Source: Turneriella sp. | Lineage (GTDB): Bacteria; Spirochaetota; Leptospiria; Turneriellales; Turneriellaceae | NCBI GenBank assembly: GCA_965279515.1 | Contig: CBDIID010000003.1 | Coordinates: 2,912,001-2,976,000, forward strand | Direction of reading: 5' to 3' | Length of the DNA: 64,000 nucleotides | Part shown: positions 38,187-48,356 of the stretch, one piece after another | Numbering within the stretch: position 1 is the stretch's first letter | Layout: each line of letters begins with the position of its first letter | The notes under the pieces: generated by a model | The model's database searches: none | Told to the model about the DNA's origin: nothing | Seen by the model: the letters and a program-made list of their open reading frames with translations, nothing else | Position numbers and translations under genes: made by a program

Positions 38187-38731
38187 GAGCGCGCGCTGCG
38201 GTTGTGGCGTTGCTGGCGGTGGCGGCCGTTTCTCCACAGAGCTATGATCTCAAAACGGAAAAGGAAAAATTAGCCAAAATCGAAGCGGCGATCAAAGCTG
38301 AAGACAATCCCACTTTCGTTGCCGAATGCGAAGCGCTGCTGGACCCTCACCGTATCAACGCGCTCGTCTGGTATACCTGCGGCAAGTATCTGCTGTTCGT
38401 CAAGGAGCCCAACCCGACTAAGGCGCGCGCCAATGTGAAGCTTGCGTATAAGCGCCTGAAGGTCGCGGCCGACGACTTTGCGCGCACCGGCAAGCAGGTT
38501 TATTTTGCTCTCGACGCATGGCAGTATCTGGGGCTGGCCGCGATGCATTTCGGTGACCTCGACCGTGCGCAGGTGCATTTCCGCCAGGTGCTGGCGCGCG
38601 ATAACCGCATGCCGGCGGCGTGGTACAACCTGGGTGTGATCTACGAACTCAAAGGCCTGCAAGAAGAATCGATGCGCGCCTTCGACCGCTATCTGCGCCT
38701 CAAGGTAGGCGGCGACGCGGGGGATTTCTGA
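38183..38731 (+). CDS. Exported TPR protein
   Basis: AWYNLGVIYELKG TPR motif and signal-like N-terminus. Confidence 0.75.
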   Translation: MRARAAVVALLAVAAVSPQSYDLKTEKEKLAKIEAAIKAEDNPTFVAECEALLDPHRINALVWYTCGKYLLFVKEPNPTKARANVKLAYKRLKVAADDFARTGKQVYFALDAWQYLGLAAMHFGDLDRAQVHFRQVLARDNRMPAAWYNLGVIYELKGLQEESMRAFDRYLRLKVGGDAGDF

Positions 38732-38771
38732 CCCCACCCCGGTCTTCGGAGATAAGCTAATTGCGATAATA

Positions 38772-39242
38772 CTAATTCACAGTTTGATTTATGAGTTTTA
38801 GCTCATCAATTTCTCTAAGTGCTTCAGCATTTTCCACTAATTCAATATTAGTCTTACCAACTGTCGCTGACGCACCGATGGAGTTTTTTACGTACTTTAT
38901 TTCTCCCTTCTTCGTATTCACAGTCAATTTATTTTCTCCTGAATAAATTTCGGTTGGCATTGAAAATTCATGACTGCCTGCTGTTATATCTACATAAAGG
39001 ATAGTCCCGGGCTCTGAAGTGCCTATACGCTTCCCATTCAGAAAAATATCCGGCCGCATCCCATAGCCATAAATTCCGCTAGGACGATATACAAAAATTC
39101 GAGACATTCCTGTTGGTACCTGAGGCAAGGTTGATTTTATCGTAGAATACGGTTTGCCTTGTGTGGTTCCGCACCCTGCTATCATTAGTCCAAGCATTAA
39201 ACTCACAATGCTGAACCTGGCCTTTGGAAAGATAATCGACAT
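38772..39242 (-). CDS. AT-rich lipoprotein, DUF2846-like
   Basis: MIAGC lipobox; RIFVYRP...IFLNGKRIG...YVDITAGSH; ATG at 39242. Confidence 0.75.
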   Translation of the reverse strand: MSIIFPKARFSIVSLMLGLMIAGCGTTQGKPYSTIKSTLPQVPTGMSRIFVYRPSGIYGYGMRPDIFLNGKRIGTSEPGTILYVDITAGSHEFSMPTEIYSGENKLTVNTKKGEIKYVKNSIGASATVGKTNIELVENAEALREIDELKLINQTVN

Positions 39243-39384
39243 TTGAGCAGGGGGGGCGTTGACCTGTCGCACGTAAAGTCTGTTTTGCCGGGTCTTTGAC
39301 AACGGCGCCCAGTTGCGCCTACGAGTTTTTATGTCCAATCGCCCAGCCCCCTTGACCGGGCCCACATGCACAACTACTTCGGGC

Positions 39385-39407
39385 AACAAGGTTTACAATC
39401 TGCGCGC
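39385..39407 (+). repeat. Degenerate repeat arm (attC-like), copy 2
   Basis: AACAAGGTTTACAATCTGCGCGC; see 17173-17195. Confidence 0.5.
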
Positions 39408-39449
39408 GCGAGCACTCCGCTGACTCGTCTCTGCAGGCTTCGGTCGCTT

Positions 39450-39491
39450 CCCCCTCTCCACGTCAGTGGGGAGGGGGTTAGGGGGTGGGGT
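39450..39491. repeat. REP-like purine/pyrimidine hairpin
   Basis: CCCCCTCTCCAC-GTCA-GTGGGGAGGGGG 12-bp stem followed by TTAGGGGGTGGGGT. Confidence 0.7.
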
Positions 39492-40189
39492 TACTTCAGC
39501 TCCTGCGTCGCTTTCTTCCAGGCGTCGCTTTTCTCGAGCTGCTGGTGCTCGTCGTAGAGCTTTTTTGTGGGCTCTTTGCTGAGATCCACCTGTTCTCTCT
39601 TTACGTCAGAGCCGTTGTATTTCAGCGCCGTGCCAGCGTTGAGCTCGATGTCGTTCAGAAAATCCTGCATCATCAGGTTCGGGTCGCTCTGCAGGCCCGA
39701 TTCACGCACGAAATCGGTCATGATGACCTTGCCGGTGAAGAGCACGATGCGCGCGGACGATTTCGCAGCCTCGACGGTAAACGCCGTGCCGCGTACGCCC
39801 GCGGTAACCACCGGTGTTTTAATCGCCCATTTGCCGCTGGCATGCCTGCCTTCTTTGCGGAAAATCATGCTGACCGTGCCATCGGCCTGGTAGTATGTCG
39901 AACCCGGCCTGATCTCGAGCGTCGTGAGCGGGCTGACGAAAAAAGAGACGCCGTCTGACATCTGGATGCCCACCTTAGCCTTCGCGCTGGTGATGATGAC
40001 ATCGCCTTCTTTAATACCCGCTCCCAATTTTAAGGCCGTACTTTTGCCGCCGCTTTTGACCTCGGCGCCGCCAGAGAGATAAGTGATCTTTCCTTCGACA
40101 GCGCAAAGGCTACCACAGAGAAAGAAGATAAATGCAGAGAGGAGAATTCTCGCGGAGCGTTGGGGATGGGGGCGTTTTTGGTTTTTCAT
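39491..40189 (-). CDS. FecR domain-containing exported protein
   Basis: IKEGDVIIT...IKTPVVTAGVRGTAF signature. Confidence 0.85.
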   Translation of the reverse strand: MKNQKRPHPQRSARILLSAFIFFLCGSLCAVEGKITYLSGGAEVKSGGKSTALKLGAGIKEGDVIITSAKAKVGIQMSDGVSFFVSPLTTLEIRPGSTYYQADGTVSMIFRKEGRHASGKWAIKTPVVTAGVRGTAFTVEAAKSSARIVLFTGKVIMTDFVRESGLQSDPNLMMQDFLNDIELNAGTALKYNGSDVKREQVDLSKEPTKKLYDEHQQLEKSDAWKKATQELK

Positions 40190-40193
40190 AATA

Positions 40194-41609
40194 TTAGTAG
40201 TGGTAGCGGGCAGAGACCGCGCTGAAGAACGTAGTCAGATTAAACGCATTCGCGTTCATTGCGAAATCCAGCTGCACCTTTTCTGCCGGTGTCCATCCTA
40301 AACCCATCGCGACGAGCAGTTCATCGTCTGCATAGAAGCTCGTCTTCGTGGTGTTACTGGCTGTGACGGTGGTATCCGTGATCGTCTTGTTGGAGATGAC
40401 GTTCTTGCGCAGGCCGATCCGTGTCTTCAGGCTCTCGAATGTTTTATGCTCTGCCGCAACGCCCAGTGGAATAAAGAAATTCGAAATTTCATACTGGCTG
40501 TTGAGCGTCGCCGCATTGTTGTTGTCGGCGATTTTATACGTCGACCGGGTTGATCCCACACCGGCCGAATAGATGATCTTGAGCTTGCCTTCCTGGAATG
40601 ACTGGTGGTATGCCGCATCAAATTGTACGTTCAGCATCGATGCCGATGCGTCGCGCGAGAGCTGCACCGCCGTGGCGTTGACGCCGCGGATTTCATGCCC
40701 GACCTTGAAGGTATCGACGTTCACGGCGAGAATGATTTTATCCTGGCCCATCGGCATCACATAACGTGTTAGCACGCCGAGCGAGAAGGGTGTGGTGCTT
40801 TTGATCGAGATGTTTTCACTTCCGGCAGCGATCTGGTTGGTATACTCTAATTTTGTGATGGGAATATCCGTAGAAAGTGCAAAGTCCAGGTAGCCGGGCC
40901 CGAAATCTTTGACCTGCGCTCCAAGGCCGGCGCCGATGTTGTGCGAGTTCGTCGCGAAGCGCGCGGTATAATTTGCCGTCGAATCTGTTTTGTCCTGGCT
41001 ATGCGCGATATTCGCATAGCTGAGGCGAAGGCCGAGGTTAAGTTTTCCGAGAGCTATTCCATACATGAGGTCGGCATTGCCGAAACCCTTTTTGGCCTTA
41101 TCGAGAATGCTGAAGGCGGTGAGGCTCGAGGTACCGGGCGCTGCGGCGACATCGCCGGTAAAGAGCGAACCCCCGCCGTTCAGAAATCCCGCGGGGCTGA
41201 CCTGCGCGGCATACTTATTAAAAAGCGTTTCCGTCGAACCCAGAGGGCTATTCAAATTCAGCGGGCGGCGCAGAAATATCGCGAGCTTTTGGTTCGCCGG
41301 TAACGGCACCGTGGCGCCACCCCAAACGAGGTTCGCGCCGAGCCAACCTTCTAGGTAGGCGGTACCGTAGTTCACGACCTGCCCGGGATTCACAAACATA
41401 TTCATGTCGGATTCAATCAGGCGGTTCGGTATGGCGAGGCCCCGCGTCTGTGTGTCGAGGGGCTGGTTGACGCCATTCTTGTCGTTGAGATAGCAGCTTG
41501 TGTCGGTGCCAGGCTGGCATGCACCGGGCTCTCCGGCCGGCGTTGGGGCATCTGCCCAAAGAATCTGTTGCGCGATGAGGAGTATCGCGGTGGATTTCCA
41601 TATTTTCAT
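40194..41609 (-). CDS. Outer-membrane beta-barrel protein
   Basis: Signal peptide, alternating amphipathic strands and C-terminal aromatic residue (ARYHY); GGAG RBS. Confidence 0.7.
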   Translation of the reverse strand: MKIWKSTAILLIAQQILWADAPTPAGEPGACQPGTDTSCYLNDKNGVNQPLDTQTRGLAIPNRLIESDMNMFVNPGQVVNYGTAYLEGWLGANLVWGGATVPLPANQKLAIFLRRPLNLNSPLGSTETLFNKYAAQVSPAGFLNGGGSLFTGDVAAAPGTSSLTAFSILDKAKKGFGNADLMYGIALGKLNLGLRLSYANIAHSQDKTDSTANYTARFATNSHNIGAGLGAQVKDFGPGYLDFALSTDIPITKLEYTNQIAAGSENISIKSTTPFSLGVLTRYVMPMGQDKIILAVNVDTFKVGHEIRGVNATAVQLSRDASASMLNVQFDAAYHQSFQEGKLKIIYSAGVGSTRSTYKIADNNNAATLNSQYEISNFFIPLGVAAEHKTFESLKTRIGLRKNVISNKTITDTTVTASNTTKTSFYADDELLVAMGLGWTPAEKVQLDFAMNANAFNLTTFFSAVSARYHY

Positions 41610-41692
41610 GGGAGAAAGCTCCCTTGAATATGTGCTTCGTCAACGGATTCCGAATCTGGGTATACGGCAAAATGGCGTATCTGGATTTCGGA

Positions 41693-42091
41693 TCAATTCC
41701 AAACGGTGCGTACTTGTTTGTAAACCAAAATCGTTTCATCTTTTGTCACGAGTGTTGCGCCGAGATGATTTGCTGTCGCGATGATAATTCTATCCGCCGG
41801 ATCTTTCCCCGCATAGCCAGGCATTTCGACCGAATTCAGCAATATGGTATTTTCCGGAGCGATGAATTTTACGAAAGCCAGCTTCTCTGTCTGGCGAATA
41901 AATTCGCGGTAATCGGTTGCCAGCTCCAGCCTGCCCTTTGTTGTCAGCATGGCGATTTCCCACGCGCTCATAGAAGAGATGCAGACATTGTATTTTTTCA
42001 TAGCCGCGCGGATTGCCTGCATCGCTTTTTTCGGCAAAAGATCAGGCTGCGTGAGCCACCAGATCCAGGCGTGGGTATCCAGCAAAATCAT
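41693..42091 (-). CDS. PIN-domain toxin (VapC family)
   Basis: ILLDTHAWIW, SAWEI, DPADRIIIATA, LVTKD. Confidence 0.92.
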   Translation of the reverse strand: MILLDTHAWIWWLTQPDLLPKKAMQAIRAAMKKYNVCISSMSAWEIAMLTTKGRLELATDYREFIRQTEKLAFVKFIAPENTILLNSVEMPGYAGKDPADRIIIATANHLGATLVTKDETILVYKQVRTVWN

Positions 42092-42318
42092 TCGACGAGT
42101 CGCCAGTCGCTGATACCCACGGGTGCGGTGGGGTCATCATACTTCAACAGTAAGCCGCGGAATTTCGAAAGTTCATCGTCCATATTTTCCGTATAGGGCA
42201 CAACCTTAAGCACAGGCTTGCCGCGGTCCAGAATCACCAGGGGGCGTTTCGTGGTTTGCACATTGCGCATGTGCTCCAAAGCATGCGCTTTGAACGTTGT
42301 TTTTGTAAAGCCGCTCAT
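42088..42318 (-). CDS. Phd/YefM-type antitoxin
   Basis: TFKAH...PLVILDRGKPVLKVVP; ATGA overlap with the toxin. Confidence 0.88.
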   Translation of the reverse strand: MSGFTKTTFKAHALEHMRNVQTTKRPLVILDRGKPVLKVVPYTENMDDELSKFRGLLLKYDDPTAPVGISDWRLVE

Positions 42319-42338
42319 GACTATAAATATATGGTCAT
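42317..42338. promoter_or_regulatory. TA autoregulatory operator
   Basis: ATGACTAT-AAATAT-ATGGTCAT imperfect palindrome overlapping the antitoxin start. Confidence 0.55.
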
Positions 42339-42423
42339 ATTACCCAGATGGCAAGTTTTCCTTTTCTTTTTACATCCCAAAATTACTTGCCGCGCTGCCC
42401 CCGGCATTGTACCCTCTTTACAC

Positions 42424-42657
42424 ATGGATCTGGCGTGCCTGATGCGTCCGCGCAAGCTCTGCCTCTGCAAGGGCGTTTCGCGGCAAGATATCGCCGAGGC
42501 GGTCGAGGCGGGTGCTGACACTTTCCGCAAGCTGATCGAGAAGACGCATGCGACGACGGGCTGCGGCACCTGCTACCACGAGACCTATGCGGCCTTCCGT
42601 GAAGAACGTGAGAAGACGGTGGCGCAGGTAACGGGCCAAATGGGCCTGAAATTTTAA
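42424..42657 (+). CDS. BFD-like [2Fe-2S]-binding protein
   Basis: CLC...GCGTC motif; start 42424 or 42442. Confidence 0.82.
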   Translation: MDLACLMRPRKLCLCKGVSRQDIAEAVEAGADTFRKLIEKTHATTGCGTCYHETYAAFREEREKTVAQVTGQMGLKF

Positions 42658-42660
42658 ATA

Positions 42661-42698
42661 TTTCAGGGTGTGGTTGCACCACCCCCTGAAACCCCCGC
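42661..42698. repeat. Intergenic hairpin (REP-like or terminator)
   Basis: TTTCAGGG-TG-TGGT-TGC-ACCA-CC-CCCTGAAA followed by CCCCCGC. Confidence 0.5.
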
Positions 42699-42754
42699 TT
42701 TGCTCATTGAATTTGATTTTTAGTCGATAGTAGATAAAGGGAGGATTCACCCAG

Positions 42755-44632
42755 ATGCTGCGGCAGTACTACCTTTTTGCGATCTGTATCCTACCCCTTG
42801 CCCCGCTCATCGCCAAAGAGATCCGGGAAAACCCGGTCGAAAAAAAACTCGAACGTTATCTTCCTTATAATATCGATGAGATTGAGGCCTCGGCCGCATC
42901 GACCAACTTTAACCCCCGCCTCGTCGCCGAAGAGCTCGGGCAGAAGCTCAACCAGTTTTACCTGAGCGACCCGTCTGAGAAAAAAATCGCCAACCGGCAA
43001 GACAATGACTCGAACGCCGCCTTTTACCGCAAAGAGTGGAACGTCAATCTGCAGCGCCTGTTCATGCGCGACTTGCTCGCGAAAACGCAAAAGTCCTTCA
43101 TCATTAAAGAAGCCCCCAACATTGCCCTGTTACATTACCACTACGCGCAGGCGCAGATGAAGCTCAAGAAGCCCTACCATGCGGCATTCCATTTCGGCGA
43201 GAGTTTACGCTACCGCAGCCTCAGGCTCGACGATGAGATCTATACAAATAACGACCGCATCGCCCTCGTCAAGGCCGGTGCCGCCGAAATCAGGGACGCG
43301 GAGAATTTTCGGGAAACCAAAAAGACCTTCGAAGAAAAAACCAAAGAGAAGCAGCGTATCGAAGAAGAGCTCGTGCTGCTCGACGACCGCTCGCGCTCTC
43401 CCTATACACCGCCGCCTGCGGCGGGTGGTAATGTAGCCGAAGAGCGCCGCCGCCAGCAGCAGCTGATCGCCGATCAGAAAGAGAAAAGCCGTCAGGCATT
43501 GGAGCGCGTCAAAGGTGAATACGATAAGGCCAAAGCGGGGTTCGACGCCGCGAAGCAAAAATACGCCGAGCATGAAAAGGCCTATAACCGTAAGTCGGCC
43601 GATATGCTGATCGAGATGGCGAACCTGGTGCGCCAGCTTGAAGATACCATCAAAGAGCGCTCAAAGGTGCTCAACAAAAAGGCACTCTACAAAACCAATT
43701 TCAATCAAACCTTGCAGCACGACTATAGCCAGAACCGGCAATTCACCGCCTATGCGAACGTGCTCGAAGCCGCGACCAGGCTCGACCCCGAAAACCCGAT
43801 CACGAACTTTCAGCTCGCCGAAGAATACCGCACTTCGCAGGATGTCTCGCGGGGCATAGACTCTTACGAGCGGGCGCTCGAAGCCAACGAAAAACCGCGC
43901 GCCGGCTTTGAATTGAAGGAAGAGCAGGTGCGCAAGGCGCATGCTTCGCTGGGGGCGTTGTTCTACGCCAAGAGCCGCTTTGTCGACGCCGCGTTTTTTT
44001 ATGAAAAGGCCTATACCCAAACTCCTGACGGCCGCGAGAAACAGAACCTGAGCTGGCAGCTGGGTAAACTGCATGTCGAAAAGACCGGCAACTACGAACG
44101 CGCGACGCAGCTGTTCGAAAAATACCTGCAGGGCATCTCGACCCTCAATCCCTCCGATGTCACTGACCGCACGCAGTGGATCAAGGAGCGTTTTCTTGCA
44201 AACCGTTATCTGATGCAGATGTACGACAAAAAGAACGCACCGCCCCAGGTTTTGCGGACGATGCAGGGCGCCGAAGCCGCGCATAAAGATCTCGAAGCGC
44301 TGATCTTTGATCTGAGGCAGCGCAATAATAAAACCTATCAGGAAATGCAGACGGCGAAAAAGAGCCTGTTTGACGACGTGCGCAGCCGCGAGCTCAACAC
44401 CTATCTCAAGCTCGAATCGGATTTTGAGAAACAAAAGCGCGAGCTCGCCATCATCGAAGCGGGCCGTAACAGCTTACCGCTCGCACAATTTTATGAGCAG
44501 TATGCGACCTTTTTGGAAAGCCAGCACGATATCTCGGGTGCGATCAACGTCTATGCGATGGCTGAAAAACACGGTATAGGCGCCGACCACGCGCGGCGCG
44601 AACAGGGTCGTCTAAAGAACCTTTACCCTTGA
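42755..44632 (+). CDS. Exported TPR/coiled-coil protein
   Basis: Signal peptide, central coiled coil and TPR helices. Confidence 0.7.
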   Translation: MLRQYYLFAICILPLAPLIAKEIRENPVEKKLERYLPYNIDEIEASAASTNFNPRLVAEELGQKLNQFYLSDPSEKKIANRQDNDSNAAFYRKEWNVNLQRLFMRDLLAKTQKSFIIKEAPNIALLHYHYAQAQMKLKKPYHAAFHFGESLRYRSLRLDDEIYTNNDRIALVKAGAAEIRDAENFRETKKTFEEKTKEKQRIEEELVLLDDRSRSPYTPPPAAGGNVAEERRRQQQLIADQKEKSRQALERVKGEYDKAKAGFDAAKQKYAEHEKAYNRKSADMLIEMANLVRQLEDTIKERSKVLNKKALYKTNFNQTLQHDYSQNRQFTAYANVLEAATRLDPENPITNFQLAEEYRTSQDVSRGIDSYERALEANEKPRAGFELKEEQVRKAHASLGALFYAKSRFVDAAFFYEKAYTQTPDGREKQNLSWQLGKLHVEKTGNYERATQLFEKYLQGISTLNPSDVTDRTQWIKERFLANRYLMQMYDKKNAPPQVLRTMQGAEAAHKDLEALIFDLRQRNNKTYQEMQTAKKSLFDDVRSRELNTYLKLESDFEKQKRELAIIEAGRNSLPLAQFYEQYATFLESQHDISGAINVYAMAEKHGIGADHARREQGRLKNLYP

Positions 44633-44754
44633 GGGCGCCGAGGCGCTCTGACCCATGGCAGTGCTCAGCTTTCCCCTCTGGATATTCTTTATCGTCTTAA
44701 GCCCCGTGCTGATTCTGTTTTTTGTGCTGGGCTTTTCTTCCGCTCAAAGAATCA

Positions 44755-45702
44755 CTACTTCGGAGAAGCCTCCGGTGGTGGAGCGGCATTTGTCTTAACT
44801 TCAATTTCGCAGAACAGCATTTCGGTTTTGACTTCCTCTTTGTTGCCCGCTTTATCGATGGCATAGAACTGTACGAGGCTGGCGGCCCCGTTTGCTGAAA
44901 TGTCTGCATAGGTCAGGCGTTTGCCATACTCGGCGAATGGCACGGCATTCGCATCTTTGCCGAGAGGTACGATGCGGTAAAAGATCTTCGCCATGCCCGA
45001 TTCGGCGTCATCGACCAGGAAAACCAGGCTGCTGTCTTTGCCCAGATTCACACCGCGCTTTGAATGTACAGGATCAACGATCACAGCACGTGTAACGGGG
45101 GGATTCAGCTCGACTTTAAAAACAAAATTCTTCGAATAGACAACCTGCTTATCGGCGTTCTCGAGATTCACCTGCATCTTGTAGGTGTCGGGCTTGTCGA
45201 AAACAAGCGGCTCGCGGTATTCGAGAAATTCGCCTTCGCCGATCTTATATTTGGTCACGAGGTTGGGCTGCGTCGGCAGTTCGATGCGGCTGCCTAACAG
45301 GTATTCAGTCTGGCCTTGTTGTACGACGGGTATCGTCGGCTCGCGGTAGGCTTTTTTCAGGTAATCGGCCACCGCAAAGGTTTTGCTGTAGGCGCCCGCG
45401 ACGCCGGTTTTATGGATCGAGCGCACACGGAAGAATTTGATTTCGGGTGCGAGGTTTTCGCGGAAAGATTTTTCTTTCGTACGTACCGTCTTGACGCGCG
45501 CTCCTGAGATTTTTGCCGCGTCGGTCGCGGTCGAAAGATCGATGTCAGAAAATTCGATTTCCGTGAGTGCTGCGTCGGCGGGGGGATTGATAGCGAGGGA
45601 AAAGATCTTGCCCTGAATGGCGGGCGGCTTGGGTGCTCCGGGGGCATCGGCGGCCGAAAGGGATGTGGCCGCGATTAAAACAGAACAAAGGTAAATCCGC
45701 AT
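44755..45702 (-). CDS. Exported protein with OmpL47-like Ig-type domain
   Basis: PPVT...DDAESG...IFY...YAIDKAGNKE pattern; signal peptide from ATG 45702. Confidence 0.65.
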   Translation of the reverse strand: MRIYLCSVLIAATSLSAADAPGAPKPPAIQGKIFSLAINPPADAALTEIEFSDIDLSTATDAAKISGARVKTVRTKEKSFRENLAPEIKFFRVRSIHKTGVAGAYSKTFAVADYLKKAYREPTIPVVQQGQTEYLLGSRIELPTQPNLVTKYKIGEGEFLEYREPLVFDKPDTYKMQVNLENADKQVVYSKNFVFKVELNPPVTRAVIVDPVHSKRGVNLGKDSSLVFLVDDAESGMAKIFYRIVPLGKDANAVPFAEYGKRLTYADISANGAASLVQFYAIDKAGNKEEVKTEMLFCEIEVKTNAAPPPEASPK

Positions 45703-45760
45703 CGCCGTGCTTTGCGGGCTAAAGCACGGCAAGTCAATCAAAAATCACAACGCCGCTGCC

Positions 45761-46363
45761 CTAACCGAGCACTTTCAGCGCCATAAATTCAATGTCGTCG
45801 AGGGCGGCTTCGTCGCCCGTGAGCTGCCAGATGTGGATGGCCCCCTCGTAAGCGCTGAAAATACGCCGGGCCGCCAGTTGCGCCGTTTTTTCCGCCGCGA
45901 ACAATCCCCCCGGGTTTACCTTTTGAATATAAGCGGAAATTGTATCGATGGTGCGGTCAGCAAGATTTTTGACAGCGGCCTTCAAGGGCGGCGACGAATC
46001 GGCCGTCTGCGCGCGCAGGTTCGACATCGGGCAGCCATAAAACTTCTTCAGCTTCAGCTGGCGTTTTAGAATACGCACCCACGAGCGGATAAAATCTTCG
46101 GGCGAATCGGCGCGCGCCATGAGTGTTTCAATGAGCCGCAGATGGTCGGTGCCATAGCGGGCGAGGTATTCTTTTCCGAGAAGCTCCTTTGAAGGAAAGT
46201 GGTCGTAGAAGCTGGCCTTCGCGGTTTTGGATTCGGCGATGATCTGGTTGATGCCGGTTGCAGCATACCCCTGCGATTCGAAGAGGCGTGTTGCCGTGGC
46301 GACAATACGCTCCGCAGGGGCGTGGCTGCCTGGGGATGGTTTGCTTGCGGAAGTTTTTTTCAT
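45761..46363 (-). CDS. TetR family regulator (NemR/YxaF-like)
   Basis: GYAATGINQII...KASFYDHFPSK and GCPM. Confidence 0.9.
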   Translation of the reverse strand: MKKTSASKPSPGSHAPAERIVATATRLFESQGYAATGINQIIAESKTAKASFYDHFPSKELLGKEYLARYGTDHLRLIETLMARADSPEDFIRSWVRILKRQLKLKKFYGCPMSNLRAQTADSSPPLKAAVKNLADRTIDTISAYIQKVNPGGLFAAEKTAQLAARRIFSAYEGAIHIWQLTGDEAALDDIEFMALKVLG

Positions 46364-46387
46364 TGACGGGGTAAATCCTGCTGATAA

Positions 46388-46405
46388 ACAGACAGACTTG
46401 TCTGT
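46388..46405. promoter_or_regulatory. TetR operator
   Basis: ACAGACA-GACT-TGTCTGT palindrome between divergent tetR and nitroreductase; resembles a NemR-type AGAC-N6-GTCT box. Confidence 0.7.
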
Positions 46406-46432
46406 ACGCTGTCAAGCAGATAACGGAGGAAC

Positions 46433-47143
46433 ATGGAAACAGTAGCTGAACCATCAGAGATGGTGGATATTTCCGGGGTCGCCGCCACGGTGAGCGAGGC
46501 GATGAAGACGCGGCATAGCATTCGCCGCTTTGACTCGAAGCCCGTCGAACAGGAAAAACTCGATGCGCTCTTTACGACGAGTTTGCGCGCACCGAGCTGG
46601 AAGAATTCGCAGCCCTGGAACGTGCACATCGTCACCGGCGCGAAATTGGCGGCGATGCGTGATAAGCTCACCGCGGCTGCCTTGAGCGGCCCCCCGGCCC
46701 CCGATATCGCCTGGACTGTGAGTTACCCGGCCGACGCGAAACGCCGCATGTTCGATCTTGGCATGAAGATCTATGGCGTCGCTGGTATCGACCGCAAAGA
46801 CAAGGCCGCGCGCGACCAGTTCATGGTTGACAACTTCAAATTTTTCGATGCGCCCGTCGCGGTCTTTATCACCAGCAACTTTGAACCGAACTATTATGTC
46901 GGTATCGATATCGGCTGTTACCTGCAATCGGTGATGCTGCTGGCGCGCGAACACGGTCTCGGTACCTGCCCGCAGGCAGCGCTGTCGGCTTTCCCCGAAG
47001 TGGTGCGCGCCGAATTGGGATTACCCGCAGAGCAAAAAGTTTTGGTCGGTTTAAGTCTAGGTTATCCCAAAGCCGATCCCGAGCTCAACCGTTTCCACAC
47101 GCCGCGCGAGACGACGGAAGAAAAAATCCATTTCTATTCCTGA
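46433..47143 (+). CDS. Nitroreductase family protein
   Basis: RHSIRRF, APSWKNSQPW, GLGTCPQ, LGYP. Confidence 0.92.
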   Translation: METVAEPSEMVDISGVAATVSEAMKTRHSIRRFDSKPVEQEKLDALFTTSLRAPSWKNSQPWNVHIVTGAKLAAMRDKLTAAALSGPPAPDIAWTVSYPADAKRRMFDLGMKIYGVAGIDRKDKAARDQFMVDNFKFFDAPVAVFITSNFEPNYYVGIDIGCYLQSVMLLAREHGLGTCPQAALSAFPEVVRAELGLPAEQKVLVGLSLGYPKADPELNRFHTPRETTEEKIHFYS

Positions 47144-48354
47144 AGCCGCGCGGCTTTGAGAACCAGGTAATCGCGCTCGGGTAGGCTCGTCGTCTTCGCG
47201 GCGGCAATTTGATAGTCGCTGAAAGCCCGGGCGCGGTCACCGAGCATCGTATAGAGATGCGCGCGCACAGCGTGCAGCCGGTAATGCTCTGCTATGCGTG
47301 CATCGTTTTCCAGAAGCTTTAGGGCATCGAGGCCCGACTGCGGTCCTTGCACCATTGCAAGTGCCACGGCGCGGTTTAGGCGAACCATCGGATTTTCCGT
47401 CATGCGAAGAAGCAGGTCGTAGAGGGTGAGAATCTGCGGCCAGTCTGTCGCCTGCGTTGTTTCTGCCTCGTCATGCACCGCCGCAATTGCCGCCTGCAGT
47501 TGGTATGGCCCGACGCAGCCCTGCGGCAAGGCCCGCGTGAGCAGGACAATGCCTTCGGTAATGCACGCCCGGTTCCAGAGTGAACGATCCTGCTCGTCGA
47601 GCGGAATCAGGCTTCCGTCAGCGCCGGTGCGCGCCTCACGCCGCGCGTCGGTGAGCAGCAGCAGGGCGAGAAGTCCCAGCACTTCGGGATTTTCAGGCAG
47701 CGAATGCAGCAGCAAACGTGTCAGGCGGATGGCTTCCCGTGCCAGATCGGCGCGCTGTAATTTCTTACCTGCACTGGCATAACCTTCGTTGAAAATCAGA
47801 TACAGAATCTGCAGAACCGCCTTGAGCCGTTTTTCCTGTTCTGTATCTGCCGCAAGCCCGAGGGGAATTCCGGATAATTGGATGGTTTGTTTTGCCCGGC
47901 TGATCCGCTGCGCCATCGTCGTTTCGGGAACCAGAAATGCGCGCGCGATTTCGGCCGTCGTGAGACCGCCCACGGCGCGCAGCGTCAGCGCAATCGCCGA
48001 GGCATCACTCAGGGAAGCGTGACAGCAGAGAAAGAGCAGGTAAAGTGTGTCATCCTGTGCTGTCAGATCATGAGCGGCCCCATTCCGCTGCGCAGTCTCT
48101 ACCCATTCGAGTTCGCGCCTCCGCCGTGCGCTGTCGCTGCGGATCGTATCGATCATACGTCGCGCTGCGACGTGTATGAGCCAGCCGCGCGGGTTTGCGG
48201 GCAAGCCGCTTTCAGGCCATTCTTCGCCCGCGGCGATGAGGGCATCCTGTACGGCATCCTCAGCCGCCGCGAAATCACCGAAGCGACGGAAGATGATGCC
48301 CAATACCTGCGGCGCCAGTTCGGCGAGAAGTTGTGCCTGTGCCCCGCCGCGCAT
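47134..48354 (-). CDS. ECF sigma factor, ECF42-type (C-terminal TPR extension)
   Basis: AEDAVQDA, GLTTAEIARAFLV, MAQRISRAK, YLIFNEGY, GPYQLQAAIAAVH; ATG 48354. Confidence 0.9.
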   Translation of the reverse strand: MRGGAQAQLLAELAPQVLGIIFRRFGDFAAAEDAVQDALIAAGEEWPESGLPANPRGWLIHVAARRMIDTIRSDSARRRRELEWVETAQRNGAAHDLTAQDDTLYLLFLCCHASLSDASAIALTLRAVGGLTTAEIARAFLVPETTMAQRISRAKQTIQLSGIPLGLAADTEQEKRLKAVLQILYLIFNEGYASAGKKLQRADLAREAIRLTRLLLHSLPENPEVLGLLALLLLTDARREARTGADGSLIPLDEQDRSLWNRACITEGIVLLTRALPQGCVGPYQLQAAIAAVHDEAETTQATDWPQILTLYDLLLRMTENPMVRLNRAVALAMVQGPQSGLDALKLLENDARIAEHYRLHAVRAHLYTMLGDRARAFSDYQIAAAKTTSLPERDYLVLKAARLQE

Positions 48355-48356
48355 CG

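Noticed and set aside
43407..43427. CCGCCGC/GCGGCGG palindrome inside the TPR gene as a second in-frame insertion
   Set aside because: Short and explained by Pro/Ala/Gly codons; no similarity to the recG element.
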